IMG/VR virus record: IMGVR_UViG_3300033562_001181
Location: 1 to 36,053 of that record
Length of the DNA stretch: 36,053 nucleotides
Source: a virus
Taxonomy: Duplodnaviria > Caudoviricetes
Direction: 5' to 3' (one strand)
Shown: piece by piece, positions 33,077 to 36,053 of the stretch
Numbering within the stretch: position 1 is the first letter of the stretch
Layout: each line of letters opens with the position of its first letter
Made by a program: the position numbers and the translations under genes
The notes under the pieces: generated by a model
What the model saw: the letters and a program-made list of their open reading frames with translations, nothing else
Databases searched by the model: none
Told to the model about the DNA's origin: nothing

Positions 33077-33775
33077 ATGCAGCATGTTTTGCTTAATACT
33101 AGTAGTGAAGTGTTGATATATAACACTATTGGTGCCAATTCCAGTATTGTGCTATATGACGACGAGACGCTTGAAATATCACCTGAAATAGATAATATAA
33201 TATCAGGGTTAGAAAATGGCGTATCTGAGATAGATAGTATCGCATATCAATTATATGTAGGAAATATTGTTTATCTGGTTGATGGTATTCGTAAGGATAA
33301 AGATGCCTTCTTTGCGTGGTTTGATTCCTTCTTATCAAAATACAACTATTACCTCCAATTTAAGAGTGCTGGTTTCATATCAGTTAAATTAGACGTTAAC
33401 AATGATACTATAGTAATAGGGAATCGAAACTTAATAATATCTGACATTCCCGATGGTATACCAGTAAGTAAGATAGGCGAAGGTGATATTACCAATCTTG
33501 AATTTTCTACTTTACAAGGTATTAATACTTCAATTTCAATACAAAATCAATTAGACTCTAAGGCCAATACAAGTCATAATCACACTTATACTTACATCCT
33601 ATCAACTCCTTCCAGTTTATGGACTCTTAATCATGGATTGGGTGTTAGACCTCAAGTTGAATTGTTTGACTCTCAGTATAATCTTGTTCTTGCTACTGTG
33701 GAACATCCAGATGTAAATACAGTAAAGATAAAATTCTCCCAGAATTATACTTGTATTGCAAATTTGACAATATAA
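33077..33775 (+). CDS. putative virion/fibre-associated protein
   Basis: EF.TL.GI...IQ.QLDSKAN.SH.H fibre motif; C-terminal W.LNHGLG.RPQV domain like that of 11083-11880. Confidence 0.75.
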   Translation: MQHVLLNTSSEVLIYNTIGANSSIVLYDDETLEISPEIDNIISGLENGVSEIDSIAYQLYVGNIVYLVDGIRKDKDAFFAWFDSFLSKYNYYLQFKSAGFISVKLDVNNDTIVIGNRNLIISDIPDGIPVSKIGEGDITNLEFSTLQGINTSISIQNQLDSKANTSHNHTYTYILSTPSSLWTLNHGLGVRPQVELFDSQYNLVLATVEHPDVNTVKIKFSQNYTCIANLTI

Positions 33776-33811
33776 TCAGCCATTAATAAATACCCCCTGA
33801 GGTAATGTTTT

Positions 33812-36053
33812 ATGAAGATTTTAGATATTGTTGAGTTTGAAGGTAATATTGCGAATAAAATGGTACTTGATACCTATGCTGGCGCACTTCCCGCAAATAC
33901 CAAAACAGGTCAAATATTCTACGCCAATGCATCTACAACTAGCGTAACCCCGACTACGCTTAATACTAATCAGACAGGCGTATTTGTTCCAAGTGGAAGT
34001 GCATATCTCAGACTTGATAATATCTACAATACGCATAGTGATATCCTAACAGGGGCTAGAGGTATATTATCTGCAGCTCCTGCGGATGGTTCTATAATTA
34101 CCTGGAATAATACTGCAGGTAAGTTTACTAGCGTAACAGTGGCAGGTCTTAATGCACTAATGACACTAGCAGATCTTAGTGATAGTGCAATTGGAACTCC
34201 AATAAAAGGAGAAATTCTAATACATGATGGAACTAAGTGGGTTGATGGTAGTATAGTAGGTACGGCTAATCAAGTACTAGTTGATTCTACTACTACAACA
34301 GGTCAGATAAAACTGAGCCTACCTCAGGATATTGCTCTTACATCTACACCTCAATTCCAAGGTATTAATATACTAAATGCTTCAGCTCAGGCTTTAGCAA
34401 CGGTTAAAAGTACCGGAAGTACTGCAAGGCTTGACGTTATAGGTGCATCCGATGCATTTATATTAGTTGGAAAAAGTGACACTGCTAATGCTGGATTCAA
34501 CTATGATTCATCTGAAGATAGATTAAATATTGGTGTAAGTACTAATACCGATGCTATTAATGCTAATGCATATGGTCCAACTTCAATCTCAATTAGAAAC
34601 ATATCAAATGCTTCTGCAATAAATGGATCTCCTATTGAATTCGGTTCGTTTATAAAATTAGTTGCAGTTTCATCTACATTAGTCGAATCTCCTTATTATA
34701 CCACAGCTTCATTATATAAAGACAATACTGCCAAGGGTTTAATGTATTTCGATTCTACTTCGAGTACTATTAGATTTTTTGATGGTTCGAATTGGCAGTC
34801 TCTATTATATGGTAGCGGTAGTGGATATATTGTAAGTGTATCTCAAGGTACAGGTATTACCATTACAGGTGCAGCATCTAATCCTGTAGTAAGTGCTGTA
34901 ATTACAGGTGATACCAGTAAAGGGTTAACTGTTACTCAGGGGGTTGGTGTTGCAACTACTATTACCCTAGCACAGGATATTAAAACTAGTGCAACTCCTC
35001 AATTTGCCGGTTTGACTATGGGGGGTATTACTCTAACTGCATCAGCAAATCCTTCAAATCCATATGATATAATCACATTAGATTATTTCCAGAAACAGAC
35101 ATTTGGCACTAGAGACTTCAAAGAATCAGTCTTTGTTGCAACTATTGCAGTACTACAGTCGTCTGCTTTCGTTGCAGGTGTAATAACAGACTCAACTGCT
35201 GGCTCTGTTCTAACTATTGACGGGCTTGCATTAACTGCAGCTAATGTAACTGCAGGTAAAACTAGAGTTCTTGTAAAAAATCAAGCAAATGCATTTGAGA
35301 ATGGTATATATGTAATCACTACTATTGGTGTAGCATCAACCACCAAATGGGTTCTGACTAGAGCCTCTGACTTTAATACAATGTCTAGTAATGTAACTGG
35401 ACAAACTCTACCTAATATTAGCAATGGTGCGTATGTATTTGTTGGCGCAGGTGGATCTTTATCTAAAACTGGATGGGTTCTTAATAATGCAGATGCTGCA
35501 TTGACGGCTATTAATACATCAGCCATTGACTTCGTACAGTTTACAGGTGCTGGTTCAATTCTAGGTACTGCGAATAGAATCACTGTTACTGGTACTACTA
35601 TAGATATTTCCGCTAATTATGTAGGCCAGGCTAGTATTACTACTGTAGGTACTATTGCTTCGGGTATTTGGAGGGGTACTGCGGTTGAAATTGCATATGG
35701 TGGTACTGGAGCCACTACTAAAACAGTAGCTTTTAATAATCTATCTCCATTGACTTCCACTGGTGATCTTATTAGTCACGATGGAACTAATAATGTAAGA
35801 GTTGCTGGTAATACCTCCACTACCAAACAGTTCTTATCTTCTACCGGAAATGGTAGTGCATCTCTACTCCCCGTATGGGGTGTATTGGCTGCAGGTGACA
35901 TTCCGGCTCTTGATGCGAGTAAAATCACATCAGGTACTTTACCTGTAGGACGTGGCGGTACTGGATTAACTACTTATACAGTAGGATCAATTCTATATGC
36001 ATCTGCAACTACTACAATAGCAGGACTAGCGGTTGGAGGTGCTAATACTGTTC
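33812..36053 (+). CDS. tail-fibre-like structural protein, 3'-truncated by window edge (not in ORF track)
   Basis: GAGG RBS and late motif; MKILDIVEFEG... appears open to the end; LPQDI...TPQF, RDFKESV, NGIYV..W..TRASDF, GGTG repeats. Confidence 0.85.
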   Translation, partial: MKILDIVEFEGNIANKMVLDTYAGALPANTKTGQIFYANASTTSVTPTTLNTNQTGVFVPSGSAYLRLDNIYNTHSDILTGARGILSAAPADGSIITWNNTAGKFTSVTVAGLNALMTLADLSDSAIGTPIKGEILIHDGTKWVDGSIVGTANQVLVDSTTTTGQIKLSLPQDIALTSTPQFQGINILNASAQALATVKSTGSTARLDVIGASDAFILVGKSDTANAGFNYDSSEDRLNIGVSTNTDAINANAYGPTSISIRNISNASAINGSPIEFGSFIKLVAVSSTLVESPYYTTASLYKDNTAKGLMYFDSTSSTIRFFDGSNWQSLLYGSGSGYIVSVSQGTGITITGAASNPVVSAVITGDTSKGLTVTQGVGVATTITLAQDIKTSATPQFAGLTMGGITLTASANPSNPYDIITLDYFQKQTFGTRDFKESVFVATIAVLQSSAFVAGVITDSTAGSVLTIDGLALTAANVTAGKTRVLVKNQANAFENGIYVITTIGVASTTKWVLTRASDFNTMSSNVTGQTLPNISNGAYVFVGAGGSLSKTGWVLNNADAALTAINTSAIDFVQFTGAGSILGTANRITVTGTTIDISANYVGQASITTVGTIASGIWRGTAVEIAYGGTGATTKTVAFNNLSPLTSTGDLISHDGTNNVRVAGNTSTTKQFLSSTGNGSASLLPVWGVLAAGDIPALDASKITSGTLPVGRGGTGLTTYTVGSILYASATTTIAGLAVGGANTV

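Noticed and set aside
1-36053. Stop-codon reassignment
   Set aside because: Known enzymes are full length in code 11, TAA/TAG/TGA all terminate genes, and no suppressor tRNA is seen.
1-36053. Apparent abundance of CTAG/TCTAGA
   Set aside because: Not counted; plausibly explained by CTA and AGA codon usage. Needs a Markov-model test.

Overview
36-kb segment of a large, T4-like lytic phage (jumbo/huge-phage type) in the standard genetic code. Bases 1-5.7 kb are a minus-strand RNA island. It holds 11 tRNA genes, none encoding CCA, including a tRNA-Pro with a 27-nt anticodon-loop insert, a Leu-type class II tRNA with an Ile (GAU) anticodon and an fMet-like tRNA lacking the 3 G-C pairs. Two degenerate tRNA-like elements and at least three to four strongly structured non-tRNA RNAs (about 118, 210 and 565 nt) are interleaved. 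The island is driven by four tandem sigma70 promoters followed by an rRNA-like boxB/boxA leader. It has been invaded by a non-autonomous IS607 element (tnpA remnant plus TnpB) and a double-HNH endonuclease. The rest encodes RNA-end and nucleotide enzymes on the minus strand, mostly behind sigma70-type promoters: CCA-adding enzyme, RlaP-like nucleotidyltransferase, Rnl1-like and DRB0094/Rnl5-like RNA ligases, YqeY, Nudix, NADAR, dCMP deaminase and NAD-dependent DNA ligase. Late genes lie mostly on the plus strand behind a T4-like TAAATA motif: two paralogous fibre modules and PhoH, plus a minus-strand gp16-like small terminase. A pseudoknotted RNA ahead of a terminator at 8.8-8.9 kb looks like an attenuator or ncRNA. 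All calls were made by eye; no searches or folding programs were run.
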